Of a DNA stretch of 64,000 bases, positions 9,840 to 19,331 are shown piece by piece. Location of the stretch: positions 1-64,000 of the forward strand of contig JAHQWL010000088.1 in the NCBI GenBank assembly GCA_029856155.1, given 5' to 3'. Source of the DNA: Promethearchaeia archaeon. GTDB taxonomy: Archaea; Asgardarchaeota; Lokiarchaeia; Sigyniarchaeales; SOKP01. Below the pieces are notes generated by a model. It had not been told where the DNA came from. It did not search any database and saw only the letters and a program-made list of their open reading frames with translations. How positions within the stretch are numbered: the stretch's first letter is position 1; each line of letters opens with the position of its first letter. The position numbers were made by a program, and so were the translations under genes.

Positions 9840-10560
9840 CTCCTTCCATTATTTTAGCTATAAAATCTTCAAACTTAATAACTGGCTTTTTTATATGGTT
9901 CTCCTCTTTAATGCGTTTAAGTGCTGTATAACAAAAAGGACATGCTGTTAACAGGGCTTTTCCCTCCTTAGATTGCTCAAAGATTAATCTAGAATTATAA
10001 TCGCTATTTTCCTTAAAAATAGAATAGACTCCTCCTCCAGCGCCACAACAATCACTATTAGTTCTATTATGCTCCATTTCATATAATTCAATATTATCTA
10101 TTGAATTAACTATCATCCTTGGTTCTTCTAATATAGGTTTTTGTGCATTTCTGAGGTGACATGCATCATGATAAACAACTTTGATTTTATTTCCTCGATA
10201 TTTTAAGTCAAGCTTTTGTAAATTCTCTTGTATTGATATAAATTGTAATAAATGTTTTATATCAATGTTAAAATCATTTCCTAAATATAAAGGATAAAAT
10301 TTAGTAAGATAATTGTAACAACCCGCACAAATTGTGACAATTTCAAAAACGTCGTTTAATTTAAACCAATCATTCACAAATTTAACATGTGCCTCTAACT
10401 CCTTTTCACTTGCAGTATTATATGCTAATGCGCCGCAGCAAGGAGTATTATCTATCACTTTATATTCTTGATCTAATTTCTTTATGATTTTTATAGCGTT
10501 AGCACATGTATCCTTATATTTAGAATTTGACAAGCACCCTAAGAAGATTAATTTTGTCAT
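9820..10560 (-). CDS. CCG-domain Fe-S protein (LutA/GlpC/HdrD-like)
   Basis: Two CCG motifs (PCCGA, DCCGAGGG), YHDACHL, TACPFC. Overlaps the lutB start. Confidence 0.85.
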   Translation of the reverse strand: MTKLIFLGCLSNSKYKDTCANAIKIIKKLDQEYKVIDNTPCCGALAYNTASEKELEAHVKFVNDWFKLNDVFEIVTICAGCYNYLTKFYPLYLGNDFNIDIKHLLQFISIQENLQKLDLKYRGNKIKVVYHDACHLRNAQKPILEEPRMIVNSIDNIELYEMEHNRTNSDCCGAGGGVYSIFKENSDYNSRLIFEQSKEGKALLTACPFCYTALKRIKEENHIKKPVIKFEDFIAKIMEGVDPISE

Positions 10561-10698
10561 AGTTAGATTAAGTTATACGTTTAAAAAAAGATTTAACCTT
10601 ATTTTATTTAAGCTTATATCCCATTATACTTAATATTAAATTAATCGAAATTTATAACATCTAAAATATTTAATAACCCAATTAAAAAACTAAGTGAG

Positions 10699-10980
10699 TT
10701 GATTATAATCCCAAAATTGTTGGAAAACGAAAAAAAGAGATTCTCACTATTTCTTAATAAAAATCGGTGCGGAGGATGTCAAATGTGCATTTCTTTATGC
10801 CCAACTGGTATTTTAGAGCTCAGTAATGAATTGAATATGCGTATTGCTTATATTCCTAGAGTAAAGGAAGGAAAAGCAAACTATTGTACAGCTTGTAGAA
10901 GATGTGAATTTGGTTGTCCTGATTGGTGTATTTATATTCTAGATAAGGAAGAAAAAAAGAGTGAAAAAGCTAAAACATAA
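10699..10980 (+). CDS. korD: 2x[4Fe-4S] ferredoxin, delta subunit of 2-oxoacid:ferredoxin oxidoreductase
   Basis: CGGCQMCISLCP and CTACRRCEFGCP; first gene of the operon. Confidence 0.8.
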   Translation: MIIIPKLLENEKKRFSLFLNKNRCGGCQMCISLCPTGILELSNELNMRIAYIPRVKEGKANYCTACRRCEFGCPDWCIYILDKEEKKSEKAKT

Positions 10981-10997
10981 TAGGGAGAGAGAAAAAA

Positions 10998-12170
10998 ATG
11001 AGTACAAAAGGTGGTAAGAGATATTTACAAGAAGGGAAATATGTTATGATGGGAAATGTTGCAATGTCAGAAGGAGCATTAGCTGCAGGTTTGGATTTCT
11101 TTGGGGGGTATCCAATAACTCCATCAACTGAAGTTATTGAGCATCTTACTAAACGATTACCAGAAGTTGGAGGATGTTGTATTCAAATGGAAGACGAATT
11201 AGCATCAATAAATGCTATCGTGGGTGCATCTTTAGTTGGAGCAAAATCAATGACTGCAACTTCCGGACCAGGCTTATCTTTAATGGTCGAGACGATATCA
11301 ATGGCAGCAAATCTTGAAATTCCTATTGTCTTATGTGATGTACAACGCGTTGGTCCTGGTAGTCATGGACCTGTAACCTCACCCCATCATAATGATTTAG
11401 GATTAATACGTTTTGCAGGTCATGGGGAATTTCAAGTAATCGCTTTAGCACCTATGAACTGCCAAGAACTCTTTGATTTAACTATTACGGCTTTCAATTT
11501 TGCTGAAACCTATCGATGTCCTGTATTTATTATTTCAGATGCTTATTTAGGACATCTTCATGAACCTGTTTATATCCCTGCAAAAGAAGAGCTAATTAAG
11601 AGAGTCATTAACCGTGAATTACCTCAAGATTATACATATAAATACTCTTTTAAGGATAATAATACTGGAGAATATATTATACCAAAACCTCCAATCGTTG
11701 GTACAGACTATTTTCCCCCCATGTCTCTCCATCTACCTCATAATAATGCAGGAATTCCAACATCAAATGCATTAGGATTTATGGAAATGTTAATTGAAAA
11801 GGTAAAATCTAATATAGATAAGATTTCGATAACCGAAGAATATAAATTAGAGGATGCGGATATTATTATCATTGCATATGGTCTGCCTGTTAGAGCTAGT
11901 TATCGTGCAGTTGATATGGCAAGGGAACAGGGAATAAAAATAGGTATATTTAGATTAATAACAATTTGGCCTTTTCCCGATGAAAAAGTAAAGAGAGTTG
12001 TAAAAAACGTTAAAGCAATTATTGTACCCGAATTAAACTATACAGGTTTTATAGCGGAACAAGTAGAAAGAGTTAAAAAGCTTGAAATTCCAATTTTTAA
12101 AATCCCTAAAGTGGGAGATTTTCATCATCCAGATGATATATTAAATGTTATTAAGGAGGTATCAAAATAA
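10998..12170 (+). CDS. korA: 2-oxoacid:ferredoxin oxidoreductase alpha subunit
   Basis: GYPITPSTE, QMEDE, ATSGPG, DVQRVGP. Confidence 0.9.
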   Translation: MSTKGGKRYLQEGKYVMMGNVAMSEGALAAGLDFFGGYPITPSTEVIEHLTKRLPEVGGCCIQMEDELASINAIVGASLVGAKSMTATSGPGLSLMVETISMAANLEIPIVLCDVQRVGPGSHGPVTSPHHNDLGLIRFAGHGEFQVIALAPMNCQELFDLTITAFNFAETYRCPVFIISDAYLGHLHEPVYIPAKEELIKRVINRELPQDYTYKYSFKDNNTGEYIIPKPPIVGTDYFPPMSLHLPHNNAGIPTSNALGFMEMLIEKVKSNIDKISITEEYKLEDADIIIIAYGLPVRASYRAVDMAREQGIKIGIFRLITIWPFPDEKVKRVVKNVKAIIVPELNYTGFIAEQVERVKKLEIPIFKIPKVGDFHHPDDILNVIKEVSK

Positions 12171-13087
12171 TGTCTGATTTAGGTCCACGATATCCATCTG
12201 AGAAACCAGACCATCCATATGTCCAGTTTTCAATGGGTGGATATCTTTATGGTAAATTTAATTCCCTTTTTTGTGCAGGATGTGGGTATGGTATAATTGG
12301 ACATCTTTTTACTCGTGTTTTTGAGAATGAAAAACTAGATCCTAAACTATTTCCATTAATTATAGGTATTGGTTGTTATACACAATTAGTAACATTAGTA
12401 CATCATACCTCTCAAAAGATTTTTGCACTTCACGGTCGAGCTCCTGCAATAGCTACAGGAATTAAAATGGCAAATCCAAAATTAAAACCTATTATATTTA
12501 CCGGAGATGGAGATTGTTTAGGAATTGGTGGGAATCATTTTATTCATACTTGTCGTAGAAACCTCGATTGTGTTATGCTTATCTTTAATAACAGTATATA
12601 TGCTATGACAGGGGGTCAAGGTGCTCCAACTACATTGTATGGAGCAAAAAGCACAACTACACCTTACAAGACATTTGAAAATAGAAGTGATGCCATGAAA
12701 TTAGCTTTAGCTGCGGGTGCAACATATATCGCTAGAACTACGGTAGCACACCCACGAACTCTAATGAAATATTTTAAGAAAGCTTTAAATCATAAAGGAA
12801 CTTCTGTGATTGAAGTTATCACCCCTTGCCTAACATATTTTGGGAGTAAAAATCTCGATAGTCTGGGTGCTGAAAATTTAGGAATTCAGGGTAGTAAAAT
12901 GGATACTGGAGGAAAAATGATAGATTGGATAAAAAGAAATACAGTAAGAAAAAACCAAGCGCTATTCATGGATGATGCTGAACTATTTAATAGATACATT
13001 ATAGGTGAATTTCGATATGATATTGAGAAACCTGAATATTCAGAAGAATATGCTAAAATTCAGAAAAAAGCAATGGGAGAAGATTAA
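12170..13087 (+). CDS. korB: 2-oxoacid:ferredoxin oxidoreductase beta subunit (TPP-binding)
   Basis: FCAGCG, HGRA, GDGD...NN, YAMTGGQ, TPC. Confidence 0.9.
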   Translation: MSDLGPRYPSEKPDHPYVQFSMGGYLYGKFNSLFCAGCGYGIIGHLFTRVFENEKLDPKLFPLIIGIGCYTQLVTLVHHTSQKIFALHGRAPAIATGIKMANPKLKPIIFTGDGDCLGIGGNHFIHTCRRNLDCVMLIFNNSIYAMTGGQGAPTTLYGAKSTTTPYKTFENRSDAMKLALAAGATYIARTTVAHPRTLMKYFKKALNHKGTSVIEVITPCLTYFGSKNLDSLGAENLGIQGSKMDTGGKMIDWIKRNTVRKNQALFMDDAELFNRYIIGEFRYDIEKPEYSEEYAKIQKKAMGED

Positions 13088-13089
13088 AT

Positions 13090-13689
13090 ATGAGTAGATA
13101 TGAAGTTAGAATTGTAGGATTTGGGGGTCAAGGAGTAATAACACTCTCAAAAATGATAATTACCGCCAGTTCGTTATATGAAAACCTAACAGCAACTCAA
13201 ACTGAAGCTTATAGTTCATCTGCGCGCGGAGGAAAATGCTGGGCAGAAATAGTCATAGATTTAGACAGAAATATTAAATTAATAGATTATCCAAAGGCAA
13301 TGAAACCTTATGATTTTCTTATCATCCTTTCAGAAGAAGCTGCTAATGAAGTAAAACCCGATCATCTTAAAAAGAATGGACATTCTGGATTTTTAATTTG
13401 GGATACCTCAACTATACAAAGATTTCGAACTTTAAGAGGAATTGATAAAGTTATTGGAATGCCTATTCAGAAAATGGCAGTAGAGAAATTTGGAAATATG
13501 GTTTATGGAAATTCAATATTATTTGGAGCATTTACTATTCTTTCAGGCATTTTTTCTGAAGAATCTGCTATTGAAACCATCAAAAAATTTGTACCCTATT
13601 CTACTCTTGAAAACAATTTAGAAGCATATGAATTAGGAAAACAAGAAGCAAAAGAATTCCTCACGCAATTAAAGGAGGAGAAACACTAG
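13090..13689 (+). CDS. korC: 2-oxoacid:ferredoxin oxidoreductase gamma subunit
   Basis: GFGGQGV, YSSSARGG, NSILFGA. Confidence 0.85.
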   Translation: MSRYEVRIVGFGGQGVITLSKMIITASSLYENLTATQTEAYSSSARGGKCWAEIVIDLDRNIKLIDYPKAMKPYDFLIILSEEAANEVKPDHLKKNGHSGFLIWDTSTIQRFRTLRGIDKVIGMPIQKMAVEKFGNMVYGNSILFGAFTILSGIFSEESAIETIKKFVPYSTLENNLEAYELGKQEAKEFLTQLKEEKH

Positions 13690-13691
13690 TT

Positions 13692-15509
13692 ATGTATATT
13701 AATAAAATACAAAAAGGTTGGAAAGAATTAGAATCTGAAGTAATTACTTCTGGAAAATGTGTTTTTTGTGGTGCTTGTGGAGCCTTCTGCGATAATATTA
13801 AATTTGACATGATCAAAGAAGTCCCGAAAGAAGACGGGTCATGTAAAGATGCTAATACTTGTAGAGATGGATTCGGAATATGCTATAATTTGTGCCCTAA
13901 AACTGAGATTGATCAATATCCCCTTTCTTTATTGGACAAGTGGGTGTTTGAGAAAAAGCATGATAAAATTCTGGGTCATTATATCGATATTCTGTCTGTT
14001 AAGTTAACAGATAAAGCTCAAGAAAAGATTCCTCTTGGAGTAGGGCCCTTAACTGGTTTATTATGGGTTGCAATGGAAAACGAATTAATAGATGCCGTAC
14101 TCATAACTGATAAAGATGAAAATTATAACCCTATTCCCAAAATAGCAAATTCTTCAAATGAATTGTTCAAGGGAATTGGGTATAAACCATCTCAAGTACC
14201 TATTCTATCGTTAGTGGGGGAAGCAATTAATCAAGAATATACGGATATTGCAGTTGTAGGAACATCTTGTCAAATACAAGCATTGAGAAAGTTACAAAAT
14301 CACCCAGGTTTTGATTTTGAAGCTTATGATTTGGTAAGTTTAGCAATAGGAACCTTTTGCACAGGAACCTTCTACAATCAAATTCTTGAAGAAATCTATA
14401 AGGAATATGATATTAATAGGAAGGAAATTCTTAATATTAGAACTGATAGAGATCATTTCAATCTTATAATAAAATCAGATTCAAAAGTAACTAAAATTCC
14501 ATTAAATTACCTCTATGATAGAGCTATTAGAAAAGCTTGCTTTTCATGTTCAGATTATACGGCATCGTTTGCAGATATTTCAGTAGGAGAATTTGGGAGT
14601 GAATCTGGCTGGAATACTATTATTATTCGAACAATAAGAGGTAAAGAAGTATTAGATTTAGCTTTAGAACAAGGAATTGTTAAAGCAAAACCTCTTGATA
14701 AAGATAATGAAGAAATAATCTTGGATTTAACAAGAAATAAAACTGACATTGTGAATATTGAATCTATTATCGATCATTCTCCCGATATTAAAAGTTTTAT
14801 AATTAGGAATCAGAGAATTGCGAGAGTTTATCGTCCAGGAATGTTTGTAATCCTATGGATTCCAGATTATGATTTTTTACCAATGTCAATTTCTAAAATT
14901 GATGGAAATCTTATTGAAATTACAGTTCAAAAAGTAGGCGAAGGTACATCAAAATTATTCGAAATGAATGAAGGAGATATTATCGGTATTAGGGGACCAT
15001 TTGGAAGTTCATTTAATTACGAGGATGCTAATAATATTTTGATTGTAGGAGGAGGTATGGGAATTGCAGCTCTTACAACCTTAATAGAGCCATTAAAAAA
15101 TAATAAGAAAAACGTTTTCATCAATATTGGGGCAAAAGATAAAGCATCATTAATATTTGAAGAGCGGTTGAGCGCTTTAATCCCAAACACTATGTGTACC
15201 ACGGAAGATGGGTCTTATGGAAAAAAGTGTCTGGTAACTGATACAATAGAACAAATTATTAATGAAGAAAATATTGACCTTATTATAACCTGTGGTCCTG
15301 AAATGATGATGAAACGAGTTCTAGAAATAGCTAATTCAAAAAGAATTGAACTCCAAGCAAGCTTAGAACGAAAAATGAAATGTGGAATAGGATTATGTGG
15401 TTCATGTTCTATTGGCAGTAATAATGACATTACAGTTTGTAAAGATGGTCCAGTATTTACTTCCATGCAATTAAAGGACTTTCCTCAATTTGGAACCTAT
15501 AAAAAATAA
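13692..15509 (+). CDS. Fusion of FrhB-like F420 dehydrogenase beta subunit and PyrK/NfnA-like FAD/NAD(P)/[2Fe-2S] electron-transfer subunit
   Basis: N-half: CVFCGACGAFC, CYNLCP, VVGTSCQ, IGTFC, CFSCSDYTASFADISVG. C-half from about aa 355: PGMFV, GIRGPFG, VGGGMGIA, CGPEMMM, MKCGIGLCGSC, VCKDGPVF. Confidence 0.85.
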   Translation: MYINKIQKGWKELESEVITSGKCVFCGACGAFCDNIKFDMIKEVPKEDGSCKDANTCRDGFGICYNLCPKTEIDQYPLSLLDKWVFEKKHDKILGHYIDILSVKLTDKAQEKIPLGVGPLTGLLWVAMENELIDAVLITDKDENYNPIPKIANSSNELFKGIGYKPSQVPILSLVGEAINQEYTDIAVVGTSCQIQALRKLQNHPGFDFEAYDLVSLAIGTFCTGTFYNQILEEIYKEYDINRKEILNIRTDRDHFNLIIKSDSKVTKIPLNYLYDRAIRKACFSCSDYTASFADISVGEFGSESGWNTIIIRTIRGKEVLDLALEQGIVKAKPLDKDNEEIILDLTRNKTDIVNIESIIDHSPDIKSFIIRNQRIARVYRPGMFVILWIPDYDFLPMSISKIDGNLIEITVQKVGEGTSKLFEMNEGDIIGIRGPFGSSFNYEDANNILIVGGGMGIAALTTLIEPLKNNKKNVFINIGAKDKASLIFEERLSALIPNTMCTTEDGSYGKKCLVTDTIEQIINEENIDLIITCGPEMMMKRVLEIANSKRIELQASLERKMKCGIGLCGSCSIGSNNDITVCKDGPVFTSMQLKDFPQFGTYKK

Positions 15510-15669
15510 CAATTAATAAAAAATATTAAATTTTTAAGGTCTAAAATACTTAATCTATGGATTTTAGGTTCTTCTTTTATTACTTTAAATTTCAATTAAT
15601 TAGCATTTCTAGATCTTTTATAAATTATATTTCATAATATTAGCAAAAAACAAATAGGAATTCAATATA

Positions 15670-15900
15670 ATGGTATCAAAAGGTATTAAATATTTAATTG
15701 GTCTAATTGTAATTATTCTAATTACTCTGTTTTTAGGATTTGTTTTTACAAGAATTATTGGAGCAAATGTGTGTGGGTTTGAAAATCCTACGTGTGAACA
15801 AAGATTTTTCTTTAAATGGTTTTTCCCAGTATGTGTATTATCATTTCTCGCACTTCTAGGACTTATAGGAATTGGGTTACTTTGCCAAAAATTAGGATAA
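15670..15900 (+). CDS. Small two-TM protein with a Cys pair in the loop
   Basis: Two TM helices flanking VCGFENPTCE. Confidence 0.6.
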   Translation: MVSKGIKYLIGLIVIILITLFLGFVFTRIIGANVCGFENPTCEQRFFFKWFFPVCVLSFLALLGLIGIGLLCQKLG

Positions 15901-16101
15901 AGAGTATTATGACAGAGATCCTTTCTTAATAATTTTTTACCATAATTTGAGTAAGTTAGAAAATGCTCAAAGTTTGCGAATTTTAAAAAATATACAATTT
16001 GTATTGCCTTGTAAAATAAGTTTTAAGAAGCTGTTTATTATATAATACTTTTAACTTTAATTCCCAAATTTTTAATTATTAATTAATTTTTTTCTAATAG
16101 C

Positions 16102-17055
16102 GTGGAAAACTATAATTTAAAAAAGGGGGTAATCTTTGCCTCGATTACAATTTTCACAATTGGCTTACAACCAGTAATCTCAAATGCTCGTCCCAGTATA
16201 ATAGATCCTTATTTATTTGGCGCAATTACAGCTTTAATTGAAGCGGTAATTTTTCTTCCTATATTTATATTAGAAAGACGTAAATTAAAAAAAGAATTAC
16301 AAAATAGCTCAGAATTGTTTGAAAAAAATTTTTCTTTACTTAACGGTTGGAAAAAGAGTGTAAATATTAAAGTGCTGATCATAATAGGTTTATCGTTTAG
16401 TGCAGTTCCTATACTACTTTATATTGGATACGAATTAGCAGGCGCAATAATAAGCTCCTTAACAATGAAATCAGAAATCATTTTCGCATTAATCTTTGGA
16501 TTTTTTTTATTAAAGGAAAAGATTAATAAAATTCAAATTGCTTTTTGCTTTCTCTTATTCTTTGGCCTAATTATTGCGATTACTGGTGGGTCCTTTAACA
16601 TTCTTGAATTTAATATAGGTGTAATTATTCTTCTCTTAAGCGTAATACTCTTTACTTTTGTCCATACACTTACAAAAATTAGTTTTGAAAGAAACGAATT
16701 ATTTCCTTCTCAGGTTGTGTTTATACGGAACTTTATTTCTGGTATTCTCTTAACAATTATATATTTCTTAGTTTTTCCTCTTGAAAATATTTTCATAGTT
16801 ATTAATCCTAATAATTTAATGTTTTTCCTAATTATGGGCTTAGATTACGGCATTAGTTTATTCTTTTGGTATAAAGCATTAACATACATTCAGATTGGGA
16901 AAGCAAGCATAATTATATCATTAAGCCCTATAGTCTCTTCTTTTTTTTCTTTTCTTTTTCTTGGAGAACTTTTCACAATCTACCATTTAATAGGTACAAT
17001 AATAATTATATTATCAATTTGTATGATTATGAAAGAAAAGAATAAAGTGGAGTGA
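16102..17055 (+). CDS. DMT/EamA family transporter
   Basis: Ten TM segments with two EamA repeats (LLKEKI; SPIVSSFFSFLFLGE). Confidence 0.85.
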   Translation: MENYNLKKGVIFASITIFTIGLQPVISNARPSIIDPYLFGAITALIEAVIFLPIFILERRKLKKELQNSSELFEKNFSLLNGWKKSVNIKVLIIIGLSFSAVPILLYIGYELAGAIISSLTMKSEIIFALIFGFFLLKEKINKIQIAFCFLLFFGLIIAITGGSFNILEFNIGVIILLLSVILFTFVHTLTKISFERNELFPSQVVFIRNFISGILLTIIYFLVFPLENIFIVINPNNLMFFLIMGLDYGISLFFWYKALTYIQIGKASIIISLSPIVSSFFSFLFLGELFTIYHLIGTIIIILSICMIMKEKNKVE

Positions 17056-17274
17056 ATAAAAAATTTTCAAATATTTAAGGTTTAAAATGCTTACTGATTC
17101 TTGAGGGATAATTTTCAGATTTAAAACAATTTCAGCTTCTTGAGGGGTAAATTGATGTTTTAAGATTCTAAGTTCTACACCAGATTCCGTCTCAGGATAA
17201 TCAATTGGAAGAGAATCTAAATAAATCTGAAGTTTTCGATAGATATCATCTTCATTTTTGGAGTTCATAAACAC
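17014..17274 (-). pseudogene. Truncated N-terminal remnant of a 4Fe-4S-binding protein (paralog of 35779..36870)
   Basis: DIYRKLQIYLDSLPIDYPETESGVELRILKHQFTPQEA matches DIYRNLQIHLDQFPVGFPATKTDIEIKVLMHLFSEKEA, then homology stops. Confidence 0.75.
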
Positions 17275-17489
17275 AAATTGATTATAATATCTTAAAAATC
17301 TACCCTCAGATTAATACATATAATTTTGCAACAATCAATTAAACATTTACCTAAATTTGTTCACTTAGATTTTTAAAAATTGGGAAAAAAAACCCACTCG
17401 CATTTAATTTATCAAAAAAAAATTCAGAAAATATTATCTTCAACAACTTTTTTTCAATATATTTAAATATACAACTATGATCTATTAGC

Positions 17490-17529
17490 ATATCACCTAT
17501 TATTATTTATAAATTAATAGCCGTGATAT
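17490..17529. promoter_or_regulatory. Imperfect inverted repeat centred on a TATA-like box upstream of tfb
   Basis: ATATCAC-CTATTA-TT-ATTTATAAAT-TAATAG-CC-GTGATAT. Confidence 0.4.
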
Positions 17530-17575
17530 TATGTTATTATCGTTTTTTTAACAATTTATTTTATTGTGAATAATC

Positions 17576-18502
17576 ATGAATGAGCAGTATCGTGACCGAA
17601 TTTTTAATAATAAAATCGATGAAGATCAATTACCCCAATCAAGATGTTGTGATATTCCTATTATTGAATCTCGAGATGGCAATAAAGTATGTTTAAACTG
17701 TGGTGTGATCTTTGAACGAACGTTTGTTGGAAATGAAAGAAGAGCCTATACAATAGAGGAAATTCAGAATCGCCGTAGAACAGAACCTCGATGGCGAGAT
17801 TTTGGACCACGTACTATGTTGCCAAATACAAAAACAGACAGTAAAGGTAAATCTATTGGTGCTAAGGAGCAAGCTCTCTTCTCTCGACTCTCAAAAATTC
17901 AAAATTCATTAATCTCTAGCATTGAGAGGAATTTTTGGGAAGCAAAACCGAAATTAAAAATGTTGACTTCTAAACTTAATATACCAGAGTACATCTCCGA
18001 AACAGCGTGGAAAATATACAGTATTGTAGCAAAAAAGAAATTAACTATGGGTAGATCAATAAATGGGTTTATTTCAGGTTCCTTATATGCTGCTATACGT
18101 GTTCATGATTTTCCACGATTATTAGATGAGATATGCGAAGCATCATTAACACCAAGGCGAACAGTTCATAGGAGTTTAGCTATGATTATTCGTGAAGTAT
18201 TACCGGATCTTAATTTAAGGTATCAGCCTATTACTGCTGAAAGTTTGGTATTTCGATTTGGTAATGAGTTAGATCTACCAATAAAAATACAAAAAAATGC
18301 AATTAATATGTTAAAAGATGCTTCAAAAAATGGACTTAAAAGAACGGGAAAAGACCCAAAAGGATTAGCTGCGGCATGCATTTACATTGCTGCAAAAAAC
18401 GGATGTATTCGCAAGACTCAATCGAAGGTCGCTGACGTAGCTAAGATTACAGAGGTAACTTTGCGGAGTCGTGCCAAACAGATTAAAAGTAAGCTACTTT
18501 AA
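17576..18502 (+). CDS. tfb: Transcription initiation factor IIB
   Basis: Zn ribbon (CCD...CLNCG), ERN, two cyclin repeats, GKDPKGLAAACIY, TQSKVADVAKITEVTLRSR. Confidence 0.92.
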   Translation: MNEQYRDRIFNNKIDEDQLPQSRCCDIPIIESRDGNKVCLNCGVIFERTFVGNERRAYTIEEIQNRRRTEPRWRDFGPRTMLPNTKTDSKGKSIGAKEQALFSRLSKIQNSLISSIERNFWEAKPKLKMLTSKLNIPEYISETAWKIYSIVAKKKLTMGRSINGFISGSLYAAIRVHDFPRLLDEICEASLTPRRTVHRSLAMIIREVLPDLNLRYQPITAESLVFRFGNELDLPIKIQKNAINMLKDASKNGLKRTGKDPKGLAAACIYIAAKNGCIRKTQSKVADVAKITEVTLRSRAKQIKSKLL

Positions 18503-18621
18503 GAAGGTTCTATATCTTTAAGTAATTAAATCAATTATTCTTTATTTTTCTTTATTATCTCGTTTAAAAGAAATTAAAAACAAATTCTATTACTTTATTT
18601 CTTATTATTTCGAATAAAAAA

Positions 18622-19179
18622 TTAAGATTTTTTAGATTGTTCTTGTTGGAGAGTGTATTTTATTCCAACAGCAGTAATAGTTAATCCAATAAGTAAATAG
18701 TAAGTATTTACCGTCATAAAGGAAACCCAGTATATTGCTGGTAAAATTGAAGTAATATCCATATTATAAAGGGCAGTTTGAAAATGGATAGTAGTAAAGG
18801 GTGTTGTAATAGCAGTTTTACCTAATAATACTAAATAATTCATTTTAATAAAAGCTCCCATTAAGACCACCATACCAATAACAACGATGAACTTTGCTAA
18901 TGGAATGCTTTCGATGTCATCTTTTAACGATCTTTTAAACATAAAAATTCCTACGATTAAATAACAACACATAGAAGTAACTAGAAATAACCACAATACT
19001 GTTCCAGTAAGCGGGAAGATTGTAGATGAATATATAAATTCCGAAAGTAAAAGTGAATTTCCATCAAGAATAAACGGTGTAAAATTTAACAAAATGATAA
19101 AAGCAATCTCGAGTAATGAAAGAATAATAAATATAGATCCGATGATTCGAAGAAATTTTAGAACTTTTTTATATTCCAT
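18622..19179 (-). CDS. Hypothetical four-TM membrane protein
   Basis: Four hydrophobic segments. Confidence 0.65.
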   Translation of the reverse strand: MEYKKVLKFLRIIGSIFIILSLLEIAFIILLNFTPFILDGNSLLLSEFIYSSTIFPLTGTVLWLFLVTSMCCYLIVGIFMFKRSLKDDIESIPLAKFIVVIGMVVLMGAFIKMNYLVLLGKTAITTPFTTIHFQTALYNMDITSILPAIYWVSFMTVNTYYLLIGLTITAVGIKYTLQQEQSKKS

Positions 19180-19331
19180 TTTAACTCACCTTAATTTTTT
19201 TAAAAATCCAAGAAAATTTTTTATGCAATTATACTTATTATTGTTTTTGAAATTATTAAAAATTTTTAATATTATTGTTTTTTACATAAATTCTATTCAA
19301 TAGTAATTAAATATATCAAATTGATTTTTGA

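Noticed and set aside
6746-15509. Selenocysteine recoding in the redox genes
   Set aside because: The ORFs are full-length with Cys at the expected sites. No in-frame TGA is needed and no convincing SECIS was seen.
13692-15509. Plain pyrK (dihydroorotate dehydrogenase B subunit) call
   Set aside because: It explains only the C-terminal 250 aa or so, and no pyrD is adjacent.
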